From: Lytechinus pictus
Taxonomy: Eukaryota
Reading direction: 5' to 3'
Length of the DNA stretch: 64,000 bases
NCBI RefSeq assembly: GCF_037042905.1
Contig: NC_087263.1
Location: forward strand, 8,248,001 to 8,312,000
Below the pieces are notes generated by a model. That model made no database searches. It saw only the letters and a program-made list of their open reading frames with translations, and had not been told where the DNA came from. The position numbers and the translations under genes are program-made. Shown in pieces: positions 40,225-50,623 of the stretch; positions within the stretch are counted from its first letter, which is position 1; every line of letters starts with the position of its first letter.

Positions 40225-42640
40225 ACCTGCAGACTCCGAATTCAAAGTTAGCCTGTACTATGGTGTCATGTACCTAAGCACCAACATTTTTTTTAATCAA
40301 TATATATAAATCGAAATATATTTCGATTTATTGCGCGGAAACCAAGTGGGGGGGGGGGGGCGGGCGAATCAACGGACAGGGGCAACGCTTAATGCCCCCT
40401 CCGGACTTTGTCTGCGAGGGCATAATTACCAAGGAGCTGCATTTCTCAAAATAGTCGCCTTATTACACCATTATGCCTATTCATACCATGATATGACCGG
40501 GAAATTTTTGGCTCTTGCCCCCCCCCCCCCCCTTGGCCACCGAACCCTGTTACGCCGCTGTAAAAATGCTGTGCATCATCATCATCATCTACCTACACAC
40601 CAAAATTTTTTAAAAATCTGTTGAATATTTCATAAGATATCTTTAAGGAGCTGTGATCTTTGACATGCATACTCCGAATTCGAACTTAGCCTGTATTGGT
40701 ATCATCTACCTACACACTCAAATTTGTTTAAATATGTAGAATATTTTATAAGTAATCATGCGGAAACTAAATTGCATATTTAATGAGCCGTGACCTTTGA
40801 CCTGCCGACTACGAATTCGAACTTATCCTGTATTTTGGTGTCATCTACCTACACACTCAAATTCGTTTAAATATTTAGAATATTTCATAAGTAATCATGC
40901 GGAAACTAAATTGCATATTTAATGAGCCGTGACCTTTGACCTGCCGACTCCGAACTTAGCCTGTATTTGGTGTCATCTACCTACACACCATAATTTTTAT
41001 AAATCTGTTGAATATTTAATAAGTCATCATGCGGAAACCAACTCGGATATTTCATGAGCTGTGACCTTGGACCTGCAGACTCTGAATTCAAAGTTAGCCT
41101 GTACTATGGTGTGATGTACCTACACACCAAAATTTTTTTTAATCAATATATATAAATCGAAATATATTTCGATTTATTGCGCGGAAACCAAGTGGGGGGG
41201 GGGGGCGGGCGAATCAACGGACAGGGGCAACGCTTAATGCCCCCTCCGGACTTTGTCTGCGGGGGCATAATTACCAAGGAGCTGCATTTCTCAAAATAGT
41301 CGCCTTATTACACCATTACGCCTATTCATACCATGATATGACCGGGAAATTTTTGGCTCTTGCCCCCCCCCCCCCCCGGCCACCGAACCCTGTTACGCCG
41401 CTGTAAAAATGCTGTGCATCATCATCATCATCTACCTACACACCCAAATTTTTTAAAAATCTGTTGCATATTTCATAAGATATCTTTAAGGAGCTGTGAT
41501 CTTTGACCTGCATACTCCGAATTCGAACTTAGCCTTTATTGGTATCATCTACCTACACACTCAAATTTGTTTAAATATGTAGAATATTTTAAAAGTAATC
41601 ATGTGGAAACTAAATTGCATATTTAATGAGCCGTGACCTTTGACCTGCCGACTACGAATTTGAACTTAACCTGTATTTTGGTGTCATCTACCTACACACT
41701 CAAATTCGTTTAAATATGTAGATATTTCATAAGTCATCATGTGGAAACCAACTCGGATATTTCATGAGCTGTGACCTTGGACCTGCAGACTCCGAATTCA
41801 AAGTTGATTTTCGATTCATTGCGCGGAAACCAAGTGGGGGGGGGCGGGCGAATCAACGGACAGGGGCAACGCTTAATGCCCCCTCCCGACTTTGTCTGCG
41901 GGGGCATAATTACCAAGGAGCTGCATTTCTCAAAATAGTCGCCTTATTACACCATTACGCCTATTCATACCATGATATGACCGGGAAATTTTTGGCTCTT
42001 GCCCCCCCCCCCCCCCCTGGCCACCGAACCCTGTTACGCCGCTGTAAAAATGCTGTGCATCATCATCATCATCTACCTACACACCAAAATTTTTTAAAAA
42101 TCTGTTGCATATTTCATAAGATATCTTTAAGGAGCTGTGATCTTTGACCTGCATACTCCGAATTCGAACTTAGCCTGTATTGGTATCATCTACCTACACA
42201 CTCAAATTTGTTTAAATATGTAGAATATTTTTAAAGTAATCATGTGGAAACTAAATTGCATATTTAATGAGCCGTGACCTTTGACCTGCCGACTACGAAT
42301 TTGAACTTAACCTGTATTTTGGTGTCATCTACCTACACACTCAAATTCGTTTAAATATGTAGAATATTTCATAAGTCATCATGTGGAAACCAACTCTGAT
42401 ATTTCATGAGCTGTGACCTTGGACCTGCAGACTCCGAATTCAAAGTTAGCCTGTACTATGGTGTCACATACCTACACACCAAAATTTTTTTAATCAATAT
42501 ATATAAATCGAAATATATTTCGATTTATTGCGCGGAAACCAAGTGGGGGGGGGGCGGGCGAATCAACGGACAGGGGCAACGCTTAATGCCCCCTCCGGAC
42601 TTTGTCTGCGGGGGCATAATTACCGAGGAGCTGCATTTGA
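40225..42640. repeat. Roughly three tandem copies of a 750-850-bp composite unit in the right arm
   Basis: Near-identical ORF translations at 40331 and 41764 and the same sequence at ~41180; single copy in the left arm (23970-24800). Confidence 0.85.
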
Positions 42641-43478
42641 AGCGAGCCTGAATCAAGGCTGTGAAATTTATTAGCGCCACCATCTGGCTTCCTTTTATTT
42701 GCGTAAAAAGAAGAGACACGCGAAGTCACTTTCTAGTCCAAACTCCAAAGTAATCAAATTTGCTTTTTTTTTAAATATGATATTGATTTAATTAAAAATA
42801 TACTATTGACTTTTTGTATTATGGCTACTCACCGCTAAGCGCCCCGGTGAGTAGCGAGGAGTTTCGGCAAAAATTAATTCTGTAAAAGTTGGCGGAGTAC
42901 AGCAAGTCTGCATATGCCGACTTAACCCAAGACAAGACAAGTATTGTAATGAAGCGATGTTTGCCAACTTCACAGAAATCCAGGGCCAAATGCAGTTCGG
43001 TGTACGAGGTTAGTACTATAGTCGATCTATACATTTACTGTAGCAACTATATGTAGCAACTAACCTCGAACTAGTAATGAGTGGGGCCAGGGCCAGTACC
43101 ACAACTATACTAGTACAGCAGGCGATGGTTTGTGTAAGCTCCACTACACTTCACTACTGCTAACCTCCGCTTCACCTATAGGCTATAGTGGAGTGTTTAA
43201 TGGCTGGCTATACGAACCATCGCCTGATTTTTTTAGGCCTAGTCACTCAAGGGTTCATTACATGCCGCCGCGCACAGAAAAATCAAGCAATAGAAGTTGT
43301 GTGTTGTGGACACCAGAAGTGGGATCACAGCACGCGTGACCCACTAGTTAGAAATCCATTGCCAAACGTGGTTAATGGTGCGAGGTTAGTATACTAATAC
43401 TTACCTCGCAATACGCGTGAGTCACTGAGTGGAGTAGCCTAAACGGTTAAGTTAGAGTTTCATACGGCATGTACGGCC

Positions 43479-43658
43479 CACTCACACGTATTGCGAGGTT
43501 AGTATTAGTATACTAACCTTGCACCACGAACCGCGTTTGGCAGTGGATTTCTAACTAGTGGGTCGCGCGTGCTGGGATCTCACTTCTTGGGTCCACAACA
43601 CACGACTTCTATGGCTTGATTTTTCTGTGCGCGGCGGCATGTAATGAACCCTTGGGTG
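43479..43658. mobile_element. 180-bp MITE with 9-bp TSD, right arm only
   Basis: TSD TGTACGGCC at 43470-43478 and 43659-43667. Termini CACTCA..TGGGTG. Empty site at 23207-23215. Confidence 0.8.
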
Positions 43659-44869
43659 TGTACGGCCAGGCATCAATAACTTTTGTTGTCATCCAATTTC
43701 AATGAAATTTTCAGCATTTTGCTCGGAATGAATTTTACATTATTTATTAAGATCAAGGCCTAAATATCTTCAACCTGTATAATTCATAACCATTTTACTT
43801 TTTAGGTGTGCAGAAAAGACCAACCCCCCCCCCCCCCATGGTCTGCTGACTACAGTACATAAACTTAAATACACGGGACTAGTATTGTTACACAGCTTTT
43901 TGCAAATGCAAGTTTGGTAACGACTAACGAATTCCCATTTTTTTTTCAACGTAATTTTGAAGTCGAAAACATAGCTGAACTTACGAATGCAATGTCCGTC
44001 CACATCCTACCGATTAGAGCAGTTGTATGCAGCTCATGTAGGCATGAATAACGTGAAATCTAAGCTAATAAGTTCACCAACATGCCAATCTGAGCTGTGA
44101 AAAAGTGTGATCGTCCCGGAGCGAAAACAGCTTGAGCAAGGTGCAGCCAATCAGCGACCTTCTTATGTCCCCTTCGAGACAGAGGAGACGAAATGATTTT
44201 ATGTCAAAAAGACTCAAAACACAAAATCATTTCGTCGACGAAATTTTTTTGTCTTTTGACACAAAATCATTTCGTCGACGAAATTTTTTTGTGTTTTGAC
44301 ACAAAATCATTTCGTCGACGAAATTTTTTTGTGTTTTGACACAAAATCATTTCGTCAACGAAATTTTTTTGTGGTTTTGACACAAAATGATTTCGTCGAC
44401 GGAATAGATTTTCGCATCGCAACGAAATAAATTTTGTGGACGCAATTACATTTAGTCTCGACGAAAATTGATTTTGTGTGACAAAAAATAATTTCGTATA
44501 CGAAATAAAACTGCGTCATGACGAAATGATTTTCATATGAACAAAAACACATTTTGTGTACGGAATTGCGTGAATTGGACGGAATTTACCATCGGACATT
44601 TGGTGCGCCATTTCGTTTGATAAAAATTCATTTCGTATGGCACGCCAAATAAACTTTGTGGACGCAATTACATTTCGTCTAGACGAAATTGATTTCGTGC
44701 ATTTCGTCGAGACGAAATTGATTTTGTGTGACAAAAAATAAATTTTGTGTACGAAATAAAAAAGCGTCATGACGAAATGATTTTCGTCTGAATAAAAACA
44801 CATTTTGTGTACGGAATGCCGTGATTTGGACGGAATTCACTGGCGGACACTTGGCGCCCCATATCCCAG

Positions 44870-44885
44870 TACTTGTTCATTGCAT
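44870..44885 (+). CDS. 3' remainder of the split PTP exon (VLVHC, catalytic Cys)
   Basis: TA CTT GTT CAT TGC AT then gtgagt donor; the two halves join into a 155-bp phase 0-2 exon. Confidence 0.88.
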
Positions 44886-45291
44886 GTGAGTAATGGAGAT
44901 CAACCATGCCTGTGCATCGTTGTAATACGATTGTATTCCTAGTTCCCCAAAAGTGTTCACCACTGTATCTCCTTTCCCTGCACTTTACACTATTAGGATA
45001 TGATGATTTTACCTTAATATCAATTGAGTGGATCCGATAAATGGGTTGTCTAATCTGGCATGTTTGTGTTGTCTAAGCTAATTGATGAAATTACTCTTAC
45101 GTCTATTTTTTCTAAGGACAGGCAGAAAAATTATTAAAACATTAAATCATTTTCAAAGATTTGTTTTGCAAGCTTTGTAGACCAATTTACAGTACGATTA
45201 ATGCTGGTATTTATTTGTTATTTTATTTATTTATTTTTTCTAAATATGTAGGCAACGTGATGAATTTGTTAACACATTTACATATTTATAG

Positions 45292-45427
45292 GAATGGAGT
45301 TGGCCGAACTGGCGTATTTTGTAGCACGCTTGAGTGCATCGCACAAGTAAACGAAGATGACGCTGTTGATGTCTTTCACGTGGTGAAGATGCTAAGAAGT
45401 GAAAGGATGCATTTCGTACAAACCGAG
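45292..45427 (+). CDS. PTP-domain exon (P-loop and Q-loop)
   Basis: NGVGRTGVFC..VDVFHVVKMLRSERMHFVQTE; 136 bp, phase 2-0. Confidence 0.92.
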
Positions 45428-45715
45428 GTAACATTTACCAGTACTGTCTGTGGGTGTGGGGGCGTGGGGTGTGTGCATATGTGTGTTTCGGGTGGAGTGA
45501 GGGTGTGTACGTGCGTCTGTGTGAGAACGCCTGTGTTTAGGAAAGTGTGAAATCGCAAAGGCCTACATGTGTAAGTACATGTATATAGTCTTGTGCGCAC
45601 CGAGTGCATTTTTGTATGTGAGTGGGTGTGTGACTATGGCTGGATTTTTGTATTGTTTATGAGGGTTAGCGTTATTCATGCGCATGTATTTTTTATTCTA
45701 TTTCTTGTAATGCAG

Positions 45716-45931
45716 GAAGAATATTCGTTCATCTACGAGCTGATCAAAGAATATCTTCGAGAACATGAGTACGAGGAACCGCTCCCCGAGGTCTCGCCGA
45801 ACGATCACACTTACACGTATGCTGAATCCCCTCTGGCCCCAGGTTCCGGTGAGAGCGAGCATGTATACGCACAATTGCAAGAAGGTGCCCCCGATAAAGG
45901 AGTGTATACCCCACTGAAGATAGAAAAATAA
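45716..45931 (+). CDS. RPTP last coding exon with Tyr-motif tail
   Basis: EEYSFIYELIKEYL then YEEP, YTYAE, VYAQL, VYTPL and TAA stop. Confidence 0.88.
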   Translation, partial: EEYSFIYELIKEYLREHEYEEPLPEVSPNDHTYTYAESPLAPGSGESEHVYAQLQEGAPDKGVYTPLKIEK

Positions 45932-46895
45932 TCCTTTTGGGACAAAGACTCTTTAATGATGTTTTTGGGTTATGTTATAATGTAGGTGTTCTAAAATTCA
46001 TTTTTTTTTAATTCATTTTTTCAAAGGCAGTAAGTCGCCTCTTGATGGAGATTGTATCCATTCTATACCCAGTTACCTGTTTTTTGAAAGAAATATATTG
46101 TTTTATCTTAGGAGTATTTGTGAGAAAGGAATCGTTGCTGCACGGGAAAGGGGTGGCAGAAAGAGAGCCTCTACACCCCCAAAAAAATTCCAAACATGCA
46201 CACAAGCATAAAGTGTGCGCGTCAATTATTACATGTCAACCAGGTAAATATTATATTTATTACAAGATTGGCCGCTTCGCGCCCTCGCTTTCTTATCCTA
46301 AAAGATACTACGCATTTTAACCTCAATCCCAAGGGAATTTTCTCATTGGCCTTAAAAAAATCGTTTTAATAATTATCAAACTTCCTTTAATCATATGCAT
46401 TTTTCTCTCATGTAAAAGCGGATATATCTTTGTTGTTTATATTTAACTTATACTCATACGAGAAACATGTTTGTGTCATGTATAATAGAATGTTATTTTT
46501 ATCTGTTGCGTTTCAAACAAAAAAACAAACAAAATACCTTATTGTGTAATGTCAATATGTTGAGTACATTTCATCGATTTATTTTTATTTTTTTGTCGAA
46601 ATCAGAATATTTTATGACAGGCAAACACTAAGCCGATGATTTGGTTTTCACGGGGCTCACGAATGTTTGCAAAGGACTCGAATTAAAAAAAAGAAAAATT
46701 GCAAAGTCCATCAGTCATTATGTGTAGCAAAAGTATCGCTTATTATTTTCACCTGAGATGGGGTGCCTTTTCTTTACGCTTTATATTTTGCAAAAGTACC
46801 TCAAAATCATTGTAACCGGTTAAACGTTCTCAAATCGTATATGTGATGCTCGCGTTCTTCGCAAAATCGTGGTGTCTCCCTTGTTGACTCAGTGT

Positions 46896-47180
46896 GGAGC
46901 GTTGTGTCCCAGTGGATCAGTCTCGGGAATCTGAAACAGAGGGTCGTCGGTTCGAATCCCAGCCGTGGCGTAAATTCCTTTGGCAAGAAATTTATTCACA
47001 TCGTGGTGCACTCGACCCAGGTGACGTTAATGGGTACCCGGTGGAATTTATTCCTTGAACGCTATTAATATGGCGGCTCAGCTACAGCCGTGGTAATAAT
47101 ATGATACCAAGTATCAAAGCGCAGTTGAGTATATGCACATAGTAACTGCGCTATATAAATTGATATACAATTATTATAAT
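46896..47180 (+). mobile_element. tRNA-derived SINE
   Basis: A-box-like TGTCCCAGTGG, B-box GGTTCGAATCCC, central CACTCGACCCAGGTG..AATGGGTACC, 3' GCGCTATATAAAT and ATT-rich tail. Confidence 0.85.
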
Positions 47181-48060
47181 ATTGTTTTAATTCACACTTT
47201 CATTTTCATTCTGTTACCTATTCGCACTTTTACATATTGAAATTACCATTTGACTTTATTGTATCGATTCTGTTCCAAGCCTTTCCGGGGAGTTTCATGA
47301 GGCATCTAGTCAGTGATGTTAACCGACTAATTAGTTCTGAGCCAATCAGATACAAGGATATCAGTAGCTTATGACAGTTAGCACTAAAATAATTCCTTCA
47401 TGGAAATGCTCCCCATATTTAGTTTGAAGGCATTTGAAGATTAAAGAAAAACGTTGACATTTCCATTATAAGACGAACTTAGACGAAACTTTCGTTAATC
47501 TTTTTAATGTTGATGTTAGCCTATTTCTGTAATCAAATACCCATCCCTGCCACTTACTTTCTTTTGCTTTCTGTTCCAAGCCTTTCTGGGGAGTTTCATT
47601 TTCATATTTCCATTATAAAACGAACTTAGACGATACTTTCGCTAATATTTTTAATGTCTGTAATCAAATGCCCATCCCTGCCACTTTCTTTCTTTTGTTG
47701 AATATAGTTTTAACACAATTGTAATGCCACACCAATATTCTCGATTTGTTCATATATACAAAATATTTAAACGATTCAAGAATCTTATCTCTTTTATGAA
47801 CAACATTTATCCTAAGCTTCTGTTTTTACTCGTTGTTATTTTTTGGACACTTGTATGTGTCAAATTTCGGGGGGGGGGGGGCGGTCGGCGTACATTAGAC
47901 TATATTAGCTCAAATTTGTTTTTATCATTGTTATAATATGTAATAGACTTTGGCATTTCTACGAAAAACGATATCAGTATCGATGTCTACACCACTTGAT
48001 AATAACAAAAAACTTCAACTTGCTGCCATGGCCGCTGTACGTGTGTGAATAAATCACCTG

Positions 48061-48216
48061 GGACCCGTTTCATAAAGGACTTGCAACTGTTGTAACTTTG
48101 CCTTTTTGGAAACTACTATGGAAACCTTGATTATGATTGGCTGCTGAGCCCTGTTACCATGGTAGTTGCCATTATGGCAAAATTACAACAGTTACAAGTC
48201 CTTTTTTAAACGACCC
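48061..48216. mobile_element. Palindromic PIF/Harbinger-like MITE
   Basis: Nearly fully palindromic, flanked by CTG at 48058-48060 and 48217-48219. Similar elements at ~9072-9198 and ~47287-47414. Confidence 0.7.
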
Positions 48217-48329
48217 CTGCTATGTATACGTTACTTTACAACAAGTGTCCAAGCCTCTTCTGTTATGTTGCCTACACTATACTGATACATGGTGGCAGCG
48301 GTAACAATTTGGAAGTCTAAGAGATGACG

Positions 48330-50341
48330 CACAGTGGGCCAGGAGAGAGCAAAAGTGCGCCAAAACTGGTTTTTGGTCATGAAACAAATTTTGTTTTTTT
48401 CATGTTCTAAGCAAAGATAAGAACCTGTAGAATGCCTCCGTACAATATTTCTCCATTAAATTGAATATTAGTTGCCCATTTTTATTCAATGTTACCGGAA
48501 AATGACTCTTTACGGCTACCGCATGTGTAAATGACACGTTTTAGATATTTCACTGTTTTGACAAAACGGATTGCTTAATTTATTTCTAATTCACGGTGCT
48601 CTTTGATGAATAATTGTTTTAAGTGATCAAAGATTTTTAAGATAAAATGATAATCCCTTCAGAGGCAATTTTGGACGAAACCATTTGACAATGGGGGTGT
48701 TTTAGCATTTTTTTCATGAGCATTTCTTTTACAAATTGCTGCCGATTGCTGCGCTGTAAATACCATGGCGGTCTTTGTTATAGTTCATGCTTTACACTGA
48801 TACCAAATTTAGCTGCATATACGTGCATTTTCAGGAGATATAACCAATTTTTCAACCCCATGTTCGCCGTATTTATCAAAAAAATCGGTCCAAGTTACTG
48901 TCCCATTATATGCGCGTGCATGCCGAACGTTGCGGGCGACATTAAACATCAAACTCCCCGTCGCGTTCTGGGAGAGAGAGAGAGAGAGAGGGGGGGGGGG
49001 GGGGTGTCTAGCTGGCTCAAGTGTTTTGCTCTTGTGACTGGTGTCTACCTTTAAAATATTTTCGTTAAACATACGTAAAGGCAAGCTTTCATTTCCAATT
49101 CCACTAACTATATAATAATACATGTAACGCAACTTCATTTTGATGCCAAACTCAACTGTTCCATCCCGTGTTCCATATCTGATATGCTGTCATACTGAGA
49201 AGATTAATTCTTAAGGTAAGATTCCCGGGTAAGATTATATATTTGGTTTGTTGTTCATAAACCAAGTAGAGGCTACTGTATATCGCTATAACACACATGA
49301 CTAGGGATGTGATAGGTCTCTCGCAGTTTTCTGACAAAATATGAAAATGTGTATAGGACACAGATGGGATATACGTGGGCTCTATTACATGTATAAATTG
49401 CATTATCATTATTAGTATTTATCCCCCAAAAGGGTTTGTAACTTCACATACACGTATGAATTCGTTTATCTCTTGGCTCATTCTAAATTTGCTATAATTG
49501 TTGGTATCGATCAAGAAGGAAGTGTATATTATTATTTCAATGATTGTTTGGTTTATGATTCTCATTGACTTTATATGTATTCCACATGCTAATGGTAACA
49601 GGTGACATTGTGATTAGGAGCAAGTTTTTAAGAGTACAACAATCACAGCCTCTTCCCCTTGATGTTCGAAGTATGCTAAAAAGATCTTCTTACCAAAGAC
49701 ACAATAGTTGTTGAGATAGTAGAGAGAGACTCTGATTCGGAATAACTTTGTATACGCCGTTGTTGGTAGGCCTTGTAGGGCCTTGTACTGATTAACCTGC
49801 AGAGGACCCGGCCTCTAATCACTGGAATCATTATTTTAAAGATTTCACTGTCCACTTCTGGTATCAATCCATTTTAATTCATGTAGGTGTGGTTAATCAT
49901 TGTACACAGGGAATTAAAATACTCCTTTTCATTTTTTTTTTACAATTTCACTTTGAATTTTACAATTCCGGATTCATGGTAGGACGCCCTCTTTAAGCGA
50001 TACTCGGGTCACCAATTGAATTATTTGTACCCCGAGCACAGACTTTTCTGGTTTGGTTGCCTGTTTGTGTGTTTGCTGTTTGCTGATATGCTTAATTATT
50101 GCTGAAATTTATCTAAAACTAGTTTCTGAAAATTTGAAACTTATTGTAGAATTAGAAACATGTAATTTCTGCTCGAATGTTAACAGCCAATCAGAAAACA
50201 GTATTTTAACGACGTCATCAATATCTGAAAATACTTTTATTGAATTCTACGGGTGAAATTACCCCTATCTACCAAATTTAATCATACAAATGTGTGAATA
50301 ATGGGTTTTGGCGCACTTTGGGTTCATTCTGGCCCACTGTG
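48330..50341 (+). mobile_element. Non-autonomous Transib-superfamily element (2012 bp)
   Basis: 37-bp imperfect TIRs CACAGTGGGCCAG..AAAGTGCGCCAAAAC. 5-bp TSD TGACG at 48325-48329 and 50342-50346. CAC..GTG ends with a 5-bp TSD are the Transib signature. Confidence 0.9.
49565..49745 (+). pseudogene. Possible C-terminal remnant of Transib transposase
   Basis: LTLYVFHMLMVTGDIVIRSKF..PLPLDVRSML resembles the Transib T..DVF.+LL.SSDP.ISS C-terminus as I recall it. A frameshifted acidic tail ends ERDSDSE-stop. Confidence 0.5.
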
Positions 50342-50370
50342 TGACGGCGGGAAGACATCAACCAGTGTTG

Positions 50371-50623
50371 CACTGTAAAAAATATTGGGTAAATTTTTTA
50401 CCACCACGATGGTAATTATGTATCCAACCAATTTTGGGCAGTATTTTTACCCAATGCGGGAAGCATATTGTCGAGTAAGGTTAAGAAATAAGCAGCAATT
50501 ACTTTAGAATGGGCAAAATTTTCATCACACTGGGTAAATAAAAATGCCCAAAAGAAATGCCCAATGTTGGTTGGATACATAATTACCCTCATGGAGCACT
50601 TTTACCCAATATGTTTTAGAGTG
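50371..50623. mobile_element. CACT..AGTG (EnSpm/CACTA-like) MITE
   Basis: CACTGTAAAAAATATTGGGTAAA..TTTACCCAATATGTTTTAGAGTG with internal inverted TTACCCA repeats. Confidence 0.75.

Larger units (their letters stand above)
35256..44045 (-). pseudogene. Mirror THAP-domain gene remnant, right arm; exons 44045-43985, 38150-37945, 35473-~35256
   Basis: ORF 37936-38169 contains HFEDGSFDRTGQVTRLRQDAVPTIF (THAP AVPTIF box). Exon 1 has the same stops as the left copy. Confidence 0.8.
22005..44863. mobile_element. Giant (22,859-bp) foldback non-autonomous DNA transposon with ~10-kb inverted arms
   Basis: Ends TATGGGGCGCCAAG..CTTGGCGCCCCATA. TSD TCCCAG at 21999-22004 and 44864-44869. Mirrored ORFs 22065-22352 (+) and 44516-44803 (-) translate identically. 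Arm homology can be traced inward to ~31730 vs ~34150. Confidence 0.95.
8798..45931 (+). pseudogene. Receptor-type protein tyrosine phosphatase gene (EGFx3-Ig-FN3-TM-PTP-Tyr tail), 5'-partial; this allele is disrupted by a 22.9-kb insertion
   Basis: Phase-compatible AG/GT exons: 8798-8929, 9663-9833, 10452-10574, 11041-11331, 12612-13112, 13864-13972, 14595-14665, 15604-15854, 16859-16958, 17620-17693, 18515-18643, 20283-20411, 21866-22004+44870-44885, 45292-45427, 45716-45931. Reconstructed signature PVLVHCMNGVGRTG. Confidence 0.9.

Noticed and set aside
44221..44400. CRISPR-like array of palindromic repeats
   Set aside because: Units are tandem with no unique spacers, there are no cas genes, and the context is a eukaryotic transposon end.
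22005..44863. Giant palindrome as an assembly or chimeric-read artefact
   Set aside because: It has a TSD, the host exon continues in frame on both sides, and the arms differ by substitutions and independent insertions. Read-level confirmation is still desirable.
22005..44863. Polinton/Maverick (also 6-bp TSD and 15-25 kb)
   Set aside because: No AG-type termini and no polymerase B, integrase, ATPase or capsid ORFs.
46896..46975. tRNA gene
   Set aside because: A and B boxes are present but the cloverleaf is degenerate and it continues into a SINE body and tail.
48716..49409. RAG2-like or transposase N-terminal coding sequence inside the Transib element
   Set aside because: No kelch, PHD or DDE motif recognisable in these short ORFs; a translated search would be needed to exclude it fully.
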